NCBI GenBank assembly: GCA_900554635.1
Contig: USHY01000001.1
Span: 18,728-82,727, forward strand
DNA length: 64,000 nucleotides
Reading direction: 5' to 3'
DNA from: an uncultured Clostridium sp.
Lineage (GTDB): Bacteria > Bacillota > Clostridia > TANB77 > CAG-508
Shown piece after piece: positions 52,538 through 62,105 of this stretch. The translations under genes and the position numbers were made by a program. The notes under the pieces are model-generated. The model made no database searches, was not told the origin of the DNA, and saw only the letters and a list, made by a program, of their open reading frames with translations. Positions within the stretch are counted from its first letter, which is position 1; every line of letters starts with the position of its first letter.

Positions 52538-54490
52538 CTATATTTCTTCTGGTTTTTTGTCTTTTCCTTTAAATATATTTTTTATACTTTTTTCAATTTC
52601 TTTTCTTGCATTTTTAACTTCTTTGTTCATTTCTTCTGGATGATGATATGTTGGTACTACTTCTCTCATTGTATCATCCATTTCTTGTAGTGGTGTATTT
52701 TCATTTTTAATTATATTTCTTAATTTATCTAGCTTTTGTTCTAGGTCTTCAAATGTTAGGTCTGATAATTCTCCTATAAAAATCTTATCATGTGCTGTTT
52801 TTTGTAATCCTTCTTCTTTCATTAGGAGCTCTTCATATAGTTTTTCACCTGGTCTTAAACCTGTTATTTTTATTGGAATATCTACATTTGGTTCTAATCC
52901 TGATAGTTTTATTAGTGATACTGCTAAGTCATATATTTTTACTGGTTCTCCCATGTCTAAAACAAATATTTCTCCACCATCTGCATAGCTCATTGCTTGT
53001 AGAACTAGTCCTACAGCTTCTGGTATTGTCATGAAGAATCTTGTTATTTCTTTATGTGTTACTGTTACTGGTCCTCCTGTTGCTATTTGTTTTTTAAATA
53101 GTGGGACAACTGAACCATTACTTCCAAGAACATTTCCAAACCTTACTGCTGCATATTCTGTTTTGCTTGATTTGTTTTTAGCTTGTACTATCATTTCGCA
53201 TAATCTTTTTGATGCTCCCATTATGTTAGTTGGGTTTACTGCTTTATCTGTTGAAATTAGTATCATTCTTTTTGCTTCATATTTATCTGCACAATTTGCT
53301 ACATTGTATGTTCCAAATACATTGTTTTTTATTGCTTCTAATGGGCTTATTTGCATTAGCGGAACATGTTTGTGTGCTGCTGCATGGAATACTAGGTATG
53401 GTCTGTATTCATCAAATATTTTTTCTAGCCTTGCTTTATCTCTTACACTTCCTACTAAAGGAATTATTTCTATTGCTTTATCAAAGTGTTTTTGTCTTAA
53501 TTCCATTTCAATATTGTATAAATTGTTTTCATAGATATCAAATATTATTAATCTTTTAGGTTCATATTTAACTATTTGTCTACATAGTTCTGATCCTATT
53601 GAACCTCCTCCACCTGTTACAAGAATTGTTTTGTCTTTTATTAATTCTGCTATTTTATCATTGTTTAATACTATTGGTTCACGACCTAAAATATCATCTA
53701 TTTCAACATCTCTTAAGTTTTGCATTAGATTCTTGTTTTTTATTATTTCAGCTGTGCTTGGTAGTATTCTTAGTTTTTTCCCTGTTTCTTGGCATATTTT
53801 TATTATTTCCTTTTTGTCGTTTGCTGATATGTTTGTTATTGAGAAAAAGATTGTATCGACATCATATTCTTTGCAAACTTCTTCAATTGCATATCTATTT
53901 CCAATAATAGTTATTCCTGATATTTTGTAGCCTATTTTGTTTTGATTATCATCTATTAATCCTACTATATTGTATTTTCCTCTGATTGATGATGTTTTTA
54001 ATGCTTTTATTATCTCTCTTGAGGCTTCTCCTGCACCTATTATTAATAGGTTTTTCCTGTCTGCATCATCTTCTTTTTTCTCTATTGGTGTTGTTAATAT
54101 GAATCTAATTAATACTCTATAGGTAACCATTCCTACTGCAATTAAAATGTTTGCCAATATTATTTGTTTAAAATTTACCATGGATAGTTTGAACATATAT
54201 GTCATAAAAAATATTATTAGTCCTGAAAGTCCTGACAAAACTATATATTGAATATAATCTTTCCCATTTTCATACCTTGTAATACTTCTATATACACCAA
54301 ATATATTTAAAATAACTTCATATACTAATACTGATGTTATTATTGAATTCGTAATTATTGTGCTATGCTCTGGAGATAGCAAATATTCTGTGTTTTCTAG
54401 CAAAAATGCTGTTAGCATATATGCTAAACAAATTACTAATATATCAGTTATGAATAAAACAATCGCTCTATATTTTCTTAGTGATTTCAT
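52538..54490 (-). CDS. capD: Membrane-bound UDP-GlcNAc 4,6-dehydratase (CapD/WbpM/PglF family)
   Basis: Start ATG 54490 (MKSLRKYRAIVLFITDIL), RBS GGGGGAT. 4 TM, then two Rossmann domains (LIIGAGEASREI and ILVTGGGGSIGSEL). Confidence 0.85.
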   Translation of the reverse strand: MKSLRKYRAIVLFITDILVICLAYMLTAFLLENTEYLLSPEHSTIITNSIITSVLVYEVILNIFGVYRSITRYENGKDYIQYIVLSGLSGLIIFFMTYMFKLSMVNFKQIILANILIAVGMVTYRVLIRFILTTPIEKKEDDADRKNLLIIGAGEASREIIKALKTSSIRGKYNIVGLIDDNQNKIGYKISGITIIGNRYAIEEVCKEYDVDTIFFSITNISANDKKEIIKICQETGKKLRILPSTAEIIKNKNLMQNLRDVEIDDILGREPIVLNNDKIAELIKDKTILVTGGGGSIGSELCRQIVKYEPKRLIIFDIYENNLYNIEMELRQKHFDKAIEIIPLVGSVRDKARLEKIFDEYRPYLVFHAAAHKHVPLMQISPLEAIKNNVFGTYNVANCADKYEAKRMILISTDKAVNPTNIMGASKRLCEMIVQAKNKSSKTEYAAVRFGNVLGSNGSVVPLFKKQIATGGPVTVTHKEITRFFMTIPEAVGLVLQAMSYADGGEIFVLDMGEPVKIYDLAVSLIKLSGLEPNVDIPIKITGLRPGEKLYEELLMKEEGLQKTAHDKIFIGELSDLTFEDLEQKLDKLRNIIKNENTPLQEMDDTMREVVPTYHHPEEMNKEVKNARKEIEKSIKNIFKGKDKKPEEI

Positions 54491-54603
54491 CTTTATCCCC
54501 CATTTACAATGCTCGACTTTTTTTGCAAAATTTCTTTTATATAATATCACTACCCGTAAGTAAAATCAATACTTTTTATGTATTTTTCTCTTTTTTTGAG
54601 CAA

Positions 54604-54631
54604 AGGGCGATTCGCATATGCGAATCGCCCT
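54604..54631 (-). terminator. 28-nt perfect GC-rich palindrome AGGGCGATTCGCATATGCGAATCGCCCT, terminator of SASP gene
   Basis: Begins 16 nt after the SASP stop. In minus sense it is followed by TTTGCTCAAAAAAAG. Confidence 0.5.
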
Positions 54632-54646
54632 GTATGCCCTGTTTCC

Positions 54647-54814
54647 CTAGACTTTTCTGTTTGCGATTTCTATTGCCTTCGCAACCATCGAACCGCATTT
54701 TTGTGCTGATACATTGCTCCAGTTTCCATCTTTTTTTACTGTTTCATATACTCCTAATTCTTTTGCTATTTCTTCTTTTAGATTTTCAGACATTAAGTTT
54801 TTGTTTCCTGACAT
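54647..54814 (-). CDS. Alpha/beta-type small acid-soluble spore protein (SASP)
   Basis: 55 aa, missing from the ORF track (<60 aa). MSGNKNLMSENLKEEIAKELGVYETVKKDGNWSNVSAQKCGSMVAKAIEIANRKV has the two conserved SASP blocks (KxEIAxELGV and G(S/G)xVxKxxIxxA). RBS GGAGGA 7 nt upstream. Confidence 0.85.
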   Translation of the reverse strand: MSGNKNLMSENLKEEIAKELGVYETVKKDGNWSNVSAQKCGSMVAKAIEIANRKV

Positions 54815-54904
54815 CTTTAAATCCTCCTTTATTTAAGAAAAATGAATAGTCATTTTTCTTAAACTTATTATGTCCTATTTTCTTGTTTTTTTACCTGGTA
54901 TTTT

Positions 54905-56282
54905 TTACTGTGTTAGAATTCCATTTGGCGTATCTATTATTACTAATATATTTTCTTCTTTTCCTGTATCGCTATTTACATATACTAAAAAATCAGTATC
55001 ATCAACTTTACCTTTAAATTCATAGCAGTATATCTCTGTTTTCCATTCAGTTGGAATTATTGCTAAACCTTCGCTCATTATTTCTAAATTTTTGTTTAGA
55101 GAAGCTTTTGCCTGTGATTTTGATATTTTAGGACTTTTTATGTCTCTTTCAGTATGATTGTTCAAATATCCTGTTGTTTCCATTCCTAAAACTTCACCAT
55201 CATCTAGTGCTATTTTTAATTTTATTAAGTCTGAATAGATTGTTACATTATCTTGAGTATAAGCATAGTTTATTGTAAGTGCTCCATTTTGTTTTAAGTA
55301 ATATGTTGGTTTCATATTTGGAATACCGAGTTTTTCTAGAAAATCTTTTCCAAGTTTATTTGCTTCTTCGATTCCGTATCTTTTCTTCTTTTATTTCTCT
55401 ATTATAATTTGCCACTACTATGTGACCACCTTTTTTTGAAATTGAAATTGTAAGTGGATTATTTTTGTCTCCATTTTTTAGATTGATTAAAAAATCATAC
55501 ACAACTATATTACCATTTTCAATAAGTCCATTTGATTTTATTTCTAAAACTTTTTCTTCTCCAACAAAGCTAATAGCCTTTTTTCTTGCTTGCTCCTCTG
55601 TTACATCTTCACCTATCAATCCTTTTTTTTCACTGCTTTCCATGTGTTCTGAGTATGCTCCATCATAAATTAGGCCTTCATATTCTCCAAAGTTTTCGTC
55701 AATATTACTGAAACTAGTTGCAGATAAATTGTCTACTTGTTGTGCAAAGGTTGTATCAACATCCTTCGTAAGTTCTTTCCAACTTATTTTCCCATTTCCC
55801 ATATCTTCTATTAATTGTTCTAATGTGTTTTGTAAATCCTGTGAGTATTGATGTAATTTTTTTAGGTTATCTAGTTCTTCTTGAGATAAATCCTCTCCAT
55901 TTATTGTTTTTTTTGCTAAGGAGTGACTGTAATCGCTTACTTGATTTAAAAACCTTGCAGTGTTGGAAAGCTCATTTGTTGAAATTGGTAGCTGTGCCAA
56001 ATACACCTGTGCTAAATTTGCTTCTCTCCATATGTGCATTAATGTTTCTGATGCTTGTTCTGATGAACCTGTAATTGTAGATTTTGCCAAATAATTTTCA
56101 GTATCATTTATATAGTCTACAAGCTCATAAAGTGCTAGGTTATAGTTGTTTTCTGAAGCAATAGCATATTTACTTTTTTGTTTATAATATAGTATTCCCA
56201 TTATTATTAAGGCAACTAATAATATTATTGCTATTCCATACATATAGTTTTTTCTCATTGTTTTTAAAATATTTTCTTTCAT
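54905..56282 (-). pseudogene. ypeB: Germination protein YpeB (N-terminal TM plus PepSY domains), split by +1 frameshift
   Basis: ORF 55356-56282 ends ...KEEKIRNRRSK*. Removing the C in gataCggaatc (plus 55371-55380) gives ...EEKIGIEEANKLGKDFLEKLGIPNMKPTYYLK..., continuous with ORF 54905-55315. Confidence 0.8.
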
Positions 56283-56291
56283 AATTCCTCC

Positions 56292-56747
56292 CTATTTGCA
56301 AAAATGATGCTTTCCAATTGTTTTTACTATGGTTTTTGACCATATCCATTTATTTGTTGCTGTATTTGGATTAAAATAATATACACATCCATTTGTTGGG
56401 TCCCAGCCATTCATGGCATCTCTTGCAGCTTTATATACTGTTGAATCTTCTGAAATTGGATGGTTAATTTGTCCATCTGATACGGCTGTAAATGCTCCTG
56501 GCTCATATATAACACCTGCAATCGTATTTGGAAAATCTGGGTGTTTTACTCGGTTTAGTATTACAGCCCCAACAGCAACTTGTCCTTCGTAATTTTCACC
56601 TCTTGCTTCTCCATTTATTGCTCTTGCTAGAAGCTGTATGTCTGAGGTTTGTCCTCCTGATGCTGCATTTTCATTATTTGGAATTGTGAAGATTGTTAAT
56701 AGAATTATGGCTATCAACATTCCAATTGCTATTATAATTTTTTCCAT
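56292..56747 (-). CDS. sleB: Spore cortex-lytic enzyme / cell-wall hydrolase SleB-family catalytic domain
   Basis: 151 aa, N-terminal TM. LLARAINGEARGE...QVAVGAVILNRV...AGVIYEPGAFTAV is the Hydrolase_2 motif set. Confidence 0.85.
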   Translation of the reverse strand: MEKIIIAIGMLIAIILLTIFTIPNNENAASGGQTSDIQLLARAINGEARGENYEGQVAVGAVILNRVKHPDFPNTIAGVIYEPGAFTAVSDGQINHPISEDSTVYKAARDAMNGWDPTNGCVYYFNPNTATNKWIWSKTIVKTIGKHHFCK

Positions 56748-56818
56748 AAAATTCCCCTTTTTATTGTTTAGTTTTATTTTTGCCTAATTTTATTAAATTA
56801 TTCTTTTTTTTGCTAATT

Positions 56819-56830
56819 TTGTGGTATAAT
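56819..56830 (+). promoter_or_regulatory. Extended -10 promoter TTGTGGTATAAT for ugtP-like gene
   Basis: TGGTATAAT at 56822-56830, ~17 nt upstream of ATG 56847. Confidence 0.4.
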
Positions 56831-56846
56831 ATTTGTGGTGAAGTTT

Positions 56847-57971
56847 ATGAATAGAATTTTAATTTTTTATGGTTCTTATGGCGGAGGGCATCTTTCTGCT
56901 TCAAGAAGTATTAGAGATTATATACAAAGCAATTATCCTGATTCTGAAATTATGATGGTTGATTGCATCGAATATATCAATAAATTATTTAACAAAGTAA
57001 CTACAAAAGCTTATGTTGATTTTTCGAAAAATGCTAGATGGATTTGGAAGCAACTGTATTACGGTTCTGAAAGTGGTGGTTTGGCAAGGATTAGTAATTC
57101 CATTAATAGAATAATGGCAATTAAGCTTGATAAGCTTATTCAAGAATTTTGCCCTACACTAATTATCTCAACACATCCTTTTAGTAGCCAGATGTGTGCC
57201 ATTTTAAAGCAAAAGGGCAAAGTAAACTGCACACTTGCAACAGTTATGACAGATTATGCCCCACATAACCAATGGCTTGTGGCTCATGAATTTGTTGATT
57301 ATTACTTTGTCGCACATGAAGGGATGAAAGAACAATTAATCGAAAGAGGAGTTGAACCAAATAAAATTTATGCAACTGGAATTCCACTTTCAAATAGATT
57401 TTTACTAAATTATGATAAGCCAAAAATTTTACAGGAATATAATTTAAGTCCAGATAAAAAAACAATTCTCTTTTTCTGCGGTGGTGAGTACGGTTTTGGA
57501 AAAGACAAAACATTCAATAGATTAAAAGCTATTATAGATACTTTTCCTAATTTACAAGTAATTGCGATTGCAGGAAGAAATGAAAAAATGAAAGAAAGAT
57601 TTGATGCTCTAGTTGAAGAAACAAATTCACGAAATACAGTTAAGATTTTATCTTACACAAACCAAGTGCCAGAACTTATGAGTGTTTCTGATTTGGTAAT
57701 TACAAAACCCGGAGGGCTTACAACAACTGAAAGTCTTGCTTCTGGTTTGCCACTTATTATAATTGACCCACTTCCTGGACAAGAAGAAGAAAATGCTGAT
57801 TTTATTGAAAAGAGTGGTGCAGGAATATGGATAAAAGAAAATGATGATATTCAAAATATTTTATTTGATGTTCTTGGAAATACCTATAAATTGCAAGACA
57901 TGAAAATTAGAGCAAGGCTAATTGCGAAAAAAAATTCAACTAAAGACATTTGCGAAAAATTATTGGGATAA
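56847..57971 (+). CDS. ugtP: GT28 diacylglycerol glycosyltransferase (processive UgtP / MGDG-synthase family)
   Basis: MNRILIFYGSYGGGHLSAS, aligned with the B. subtilis UgtP N-terminus as recalled (KRVLILTANYGNGH). C-terminal GT-B ...KPGGLTTTESLASGLPLI. Start 56847 preferred over ORF-track GTG 56835. Confidence 0.75.
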   Translation: MNRILIFYGSYGGGHLSASRSIRDYIQSNYPDSEIMMVDCIEYINKLFNKVTTKAYVDFSKNARWIWKQLYYGSESGGLARISNSINRIMAIKLDKLIQEFCPTLIISTHPFSSQMCAILKQKGKVNCTLATVMTDYAPHNQWLVAHEFVDYYFVAHEGMKEQLIERGVEPNKIYATGIPLSNRFLLNYDKPKILQEYNLSPDKKTILFFCGGEYGFGKDKTFNRLKAIIDTFPNLQVIAIAGRNEKMKERFDALVEETNSRNTVKILSYTNQVPELMSVSDLVITKPGGLTTTESLASGLPLIIIDPLPGQEEENADFIEKSGAGIWIKENDDIQNILFDVLGNTYKLQDMKIRARLIAKKNSTKDICEKLLG

Positions 57972-57974
57972 CAT

Positions 57975-58012
57975 AAAAACTCATCTCATATATTTATAAG
58001 AGGTGAGTTTTT
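57975..58012. terminator. Bidirectional terminator between ugtP and recR
   Basis: AAAAACTCATCTC-loop-GAGGTGAGTTTTT. Confidence 0.5.
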
Positions 58013-58016
58013 ATCA

Positions 58017-58616
58017 TTATAATTCTCTTCTTCCTTCTAAAGCTTTACTTAATGTAACTTCATCTGTATATTCTAGGTCTCCCCCAACAGGGATTCCATG
58101 TGCAATTCTTGTTACTTTTATTCCTATTGGTTTTATTAGTTTTGATAAATATATAGCTGTTGCTTCTCCTTCTACTCTTGGATTTGTTGCAATTATGATT
58201 TCTTTTACATCTGTATCTTTCAATCTTTCGAGTAATTCTTTTATTTTAATATCCTCTGGTCCAATTCCATTCATTGGAGATATTGAACCATGCAAAACAT
58301 GGTAAACTCCTTTAAATTCATGTGTTTTTTCCATTGCAACTACATCTTTTACATCTTCTACTACACAAATTGTACTTTGATCCCTTTTAGGACTTGCACA
58401 TATTGGGCAAGGGTCTGTATCTGTAATGTTAAAACATTTTGAACAGTATTTTAAATTCTTTTTTGCTTCTATTATTGAATTTATAAATTCATCTGTTGCT
58501 TCTTTGCTTTGATTTAACATATAAAAAGCTAATCTTGTTGCTGTTTTATGCCCTATACTTGGTAATTTCTCAAAGCTTTCAATTAATCTTTCAATTGTTG
58601 GTGAATAGTATGACAC
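58017..58616 (-). CDS. recR: Recombination protein RecR
   Basis: CxxC-x-CxxC zinc finger ([16 protein letters not shown]) plus Toprim. 199 aa. Confidence 0.95.
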   Translation of the reverse strand: MSYYSPTIERLIESFEKLPSIGHKTATRLAFYMLNQSKEATDEFINSIIEAKKNLKYCSKCFNITDTDPCPICASPKRDQSTICVVEDVKDVVAMEKTHEFKGVYHVLHGSISPMNGIGPEDIKIKELLERLKDTDVKEIIIATNPRVEGEATAIYLSKLIKPIGIKVTRIAHGIPVGGDLEYTDEVTLSKALEGRREL

Positions 58617-58625
58617 TTTGTCCTC

Positions 58626-58967
58626 CTACATTAAACCTGGTATATTGTATTTACCAAACCCTGCTGATTGTGCACTATCTACTTTTCTCATTGCATCATT
58701 TACACATGTTATGATTAAATCTTGTAGCATTTCAACATCATCTGGGTCAACAACATCTTTATTTAGTTTTAATTCTAAAATTTGTTTTGAGCCTGAAACT
58801 TTAACGCTTACAGCTCCTCCACCTGCTGTTGATTCAAATTCCTTTGCTTGTAATTCTTCTTGAGTCTTTTCCATATCTGCTTGCATTTTTTTAGCTTCTT
58901 TCATTAATTGATTGATGTTCATTCCACCAAATCCTCCCATGCCTGGGAATCCACCTCTTTTTGACAT
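58626..58967 (-). CDS. ybaB: Nucleoid-associated protein YbaB/EbfC
   Basis: MSKRGGFPGMGGFGGMNINQLMKEAKKMQ. 113 aa. Confidence 0.9.
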   Translation of the reverse strand: MSKRGGFPGMGGFGGMNINQLMKEAKKMQADMEKTQEELQAKEFESTAGGGAVSVKVSGSKQILELKLNKDVVDPDDVEMLQDLIITCVNDAMRKVDSAQSAGFGKYNIPGLM

Positions 58968-58984
58968 TTCAAATCATCCTTTCT

Positions 58985-60544
58985 TTACTCATCTATTACA
59001 TTGAATGGTAGGTCTAAATCTTCTGCTAGCCCCTCTATTCCTTGTTTTTTCGTTTGTTCTTGTTTTTCTAGTTTATCTAATATTCTAACTTGCATATCTG
59101 CACCTTGTTCCATTGAAACAATCTTTTCAAGAAAAATTTTATTTTCATGTTCTTCTAATACTTTTTTTGCAAAATCTGTAACTTTTCCCGGAAATTCTAT
59201 CCCTACAATCAAATCATTTACCAAAACTCCTTTTGTTCCAAGTAAGTTTGCATATATAGTCATTTTACCACTTTGTCTAACTTTATCCAGTACATTTTGC
59301 CAATATGGTACATACTTGCCTGGATTCTTTGGAGTTTCTGTAGTTCTTACTTGTTGTGGTTTTGCAGGTTCTACCGTTGTTTTTGCAGGTTTCTCATTTG
59401 AAATTAATTTTCCAGCCTGTTTTGGCATAGAATGTACTTGTACTGGCGCAATATAAGTTTCCTCTATTTCCATGCAAGCTTTAATAATCCCTGTTTGAAA
59501 AATTATATTTTTCTGTGTTGATATTTTCATACTATTTGCAAGTTCTGATAATTCATATATTAACTTCAATAATCTTTCCTTTGTAACTTCATTTGCAAGA
59601 TTTGTTATAAATTCAATATCTTCCTTGCTATATAGCTCTAGCTTTTTAGTTGTTTTATATATTAATGTGTCTTTAATAAACTTAATAACCTCCCATAAGA
59701 AATTATCCAAGTCTTTTCCTTCGCTAATTATTGTATCTGTCATGGAAATTGCATTTTCCGGATCTTTTTGAATTATACTTTTGGTTAATCCTTTTATATA
59801 TGTTAATTTGGGCATTCCAACTAAGTCGCGAATCATATCTTCATTAATAACACCTTCTGTGTCTTGACTACACCTTTCAAGTATGCTTATTCCATCTCTT
59901 AACGCTCCTTCAGCAAGAATTGCTATCATTTTAAGCGCATCATCTGTGATTTCTATATTACTTTCTTTGCAAATTATTTTTAATCTTTTTATAATATTAT
60001 CAACTGTTATTCTTTTAAAATCAAATCTTTGGCATCTTGAAAGTATTGTTGCTGGTAGCTTTTGTGGTTCTGTTGTTGCCAAAATAAACTTTACATGTTC
60101 TGGTGGTTCTTCAAGCGTTTTCAAAAGTGCGTTAAATGCTCCTGTTGATAACATGTGAACCTCATCTATAATATATACTCTATATTTTGCAACAGTTGGC
60201 AAAAAATTTACTTCATCACGAATAGCTCTTACATCTTCAACACTATTATTTGATGCAGCATCCATTTCAACTACATCTGTTAGTGAACCATCTAAAATAG
60301 CCTTGCAAATTTCACACTCATTGCATGGTTCTCCATCTTCCTTAGGATGTAAGCAGTTAATAGCCCTAGCCATAATTTTAGCAGCAGATGTTTTACCAGT
60401 ACCTCTACCACCGCTAAAAAGATAAGCATGCCCAACTCTATTTGCTACAATTTGATTTTTCAAAGTTTTTGTAATATGCTCTTGACCAACCATTTCGTTA
60501 AAACTAATTGGTCTAAACTTTCTATATAAAGCAGTATATGCCAT
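58985..60544 (-). CDS. dnaX: DNA polymerase III subunits gamma/tau
   Basis: Start ATG 60544 (MAYTALYRKFRP, RBS AGGAGG). Walker A GGRGTGKTS. Zn module CxxC. The ORF-track upstream extension overlaps the SRP RNA. Confidence 0.9.
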   Translation of the reverse strand: MAYTALYRKFRPISFNEMVGQEHITKTLKNQIVANRVGHAYLFSGGRGTGKTSAAKIMARAINCLHPKEDGEPCNECEICKAILDGSLTDVVEMDAASNNSVEDVRAIRDEVNFLPTVAKYRVYIIDEVHMLSTGAFNALLKTLEEPPEHVKFILATTEPQKLPATILSRCQRFDFKRITVDNIIKRLKIICKESNIEITDDALKMIAILAEGALRDGISILERCSQDTEGVINEDMIRDLVGMPKLTYIKGLTKSIIQKDPENAISMTDTIISEGKDLDNFLWEVIKFIKDTLIYKTTKKLELYSKEDIEFITNLANEVTKERLLKLIYELSELANSMKISTQKNIIFQTGIIKACMEIEETYIAPVQVHSMPKQAGKLISNEKPAKTTVEPAKPQQVRTTETPKNPGKYVPYWQNVLDKVRQSGKMTIYANLLGTKGVLVNDLIVGIEFPGKVTDFAKKVLEEHENKIFLEKIVSMEQGADMQVRILDKLEKQEQTKKQGIEGLAEDLDLPFNVIDE

Positions 60545-60565
60545 TACTAAAATCCTCCTATTACT

Positions 60566-60690
60566 ACAAGTTGACCTCTCTATGGAAAGCAACTCACATA
60601 AATATTACCATTTATCGCTGCTTCCTTCCGGACCTGACGAGGTTCATAGCTCTTTATTGAATTACTTTCCATACAGAGGTCAACTTCATA
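60566..60690 (-). ncRNA. ffs: Signal recognition particle RNA (small 4.5S-type)
   Basis: Minus sense contains the universally conserved domain-IV sequence GTCAGGTCCGGAAGGAAGCAGC. Closed by a 22-bp terminal helix (60568-60590 with 60666-60688, 1 mismatch). Confidence 0.8.
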
Positions 60691-60743
60691 ACCAATATTA
60701 TATAATGTGTTTTTAAATTTGGCAAGAGGTTTTTTAGAATTTT

Positions 60744-61484
60744 TTATATTCTTTTAAAAATCGTTTTTAAATCAGTTTGTTCTAATGTTTCAATTCCATT
60801 TTCTATAATATTTCCTGTTGGTAAATCTAATGTTATCTTTGTTTTTAGCTTTACTCCGCTTTCTAGTTCTATGATTAAATCAAAGGCAATATTATAGTTT
60901 AGCTTTTCTTTTCCTATTTGCCTTAATAAAGTTCCATCAACTTTTATTGCTTCATTTTCATTATACTGTGTTTTTTTCAAATCTTTGAGAATAACTGAAA
61001 ATTCAATGATTCCACCTTGATTTGAAATTGCTAGTTTCTCACCTTTCATATAGGTTTCCTGTGCCCCATAGTATTCAATACTGTCTTGAATTTTATATTG
61101 TTCAGTGTATTCGTATAATTTTGTTCCCATTGATGGTCTATATATTTCTATTGTTCCTGGTGTTTGCTTTTTATCTATTTGTATATTGTTAATTGTTACT
61201 TTTTTTATAATAGCTTCTTTTTTGTAATTAGGATTTTTTTCAATAGATATTTTTATATCATTTGTTTGGTAAATGTCTGCAGTATAAATTCCTTCCTCCA
61301 AATTCAAATTTTGAGTTTTAGCTGTACTTACAACTACCATTTTAGGTATTTTAAATGGTGGTACACTTTCGCCTTCTACTTGATATTTATACAAAATAAA
61401 TGCTACAACAATCAATACAAGTACTGTTACTACAGCAAAAATATATGCTCCAATATTCATTTTTTTCCACTGGTTTATTATCAT
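60744..61484 (-). CDS. Hypothetical membrane-anchored protein
   Basis: 246 aa, one N-terminal TM. ATG overlaps tadA stop (ATGA) with RBS GGAGGG. Confidence 0.55.
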   Translation of the reverse strand: MIINQWKKMNIGAYIFAVVTVLVLIVVAFILYKYQVEGESVPPFKIPKMVVVSTAKTQNLNLEEGIYTADIYQTNDIKISIEKNPNYKKEAIIKKVTINNIQIDKKQTPGTIEIYRPSMGTKLYEYTEQYKIQDSIEYYGAQETYMKGEKLAISNQGGIIEFSVILKDLKKTQYNENEAIKVDGTLLRQIGKEKLNYNIAFDLIIELESGVKLKTKITLDLPTGNIIENGIETLEQTDLKTIFKRI

Positions 61485-61930
61485 TTTATCCCTCCACTTT
61501 TTCTTAAATCCTTGAAAAAGTTCTTTAAAATTTCTTCAGATTTTTCTTGCATTATTCCGTATTCTATATTTGTATCATATTCTTCTTTATATTTATTTAT
61601 ATCTATTTTTTCCTTTTTCTTAGGATCTAAAGTGCCTATATAAATATTTTTAATTCTTGAGGAAAGAATTGCTCCCATGCACATATCACATGGTTCTAGG
61701 GTCACATATATATCACAATCCACAAGTCTCCAATTATTTAGCTTTTTATTTGCCTTCTGAATAGCCAAAATTTCCGCATGCGCAGTTGCAGTTTGCTTTG
61801 TTTCTTTTAAATTATGCGCCCTTGAAATAATCCTGCCGTTTTTAACAATTACAGCTCCAACAGGGATTTCTAGCTTATCATAAGCCTTTTGGGCTTCTTT
61901 TAGAGCTTCTTTCATGAATTTTTGTTCCAT
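61481..61930 (-). CDS. tadA: tRNA-specific adenosine deaminase
   Basis: HAEILAI...TLEPCDMC zinc-binding CDA motifs. Start ATG 61930 (RBS AAAGGTGA). Confidence 0.85.
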   Translation of the reverse strand: MEQKFMKEALKEAQKAYDKLEIPVGAVIVKNGRIISRAHNLKETKQTATAHAEILAIQKANKKLNNWRLVDCDIYVTLEPCDMCMGAILSSRIKNIYIGTLDPKKKEKIDINKYKEEYDTNIEYGIMQEKSEEILKNFFKDLRKSGGIK

Positions 61931-61957
61931 ATTATCACCTTTGTTCAAAAACAAAAA

Positions 61958-62034
61958 TGGTGCACTTAGCTGGATTCGAACCAGCGGCCTCTCCCTTAGG
62001 AGGGGAGCGCTCTATCCACCTGAGCTATAAATGC
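61958..62034 (-). tRNA. tRNA-Arg (CCU)
   Basis: Reverse complement GCATTTATAGCTCAGGTGGATAGAGCGCTCCCCTCCTAAGGGAGAGGCCGCTGGTTCGAATCCAGCTAAGTGCACCA. Anticodon loop CTCCTAA. Confidence 0.7.
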
Positions 62035-62105
62035 GTGTACCTTTTATATTTTATATCAACTTTTTAAAAATTTCAATAACCAGAGTTTGAAAACTCTTGC
62101 TCTGG

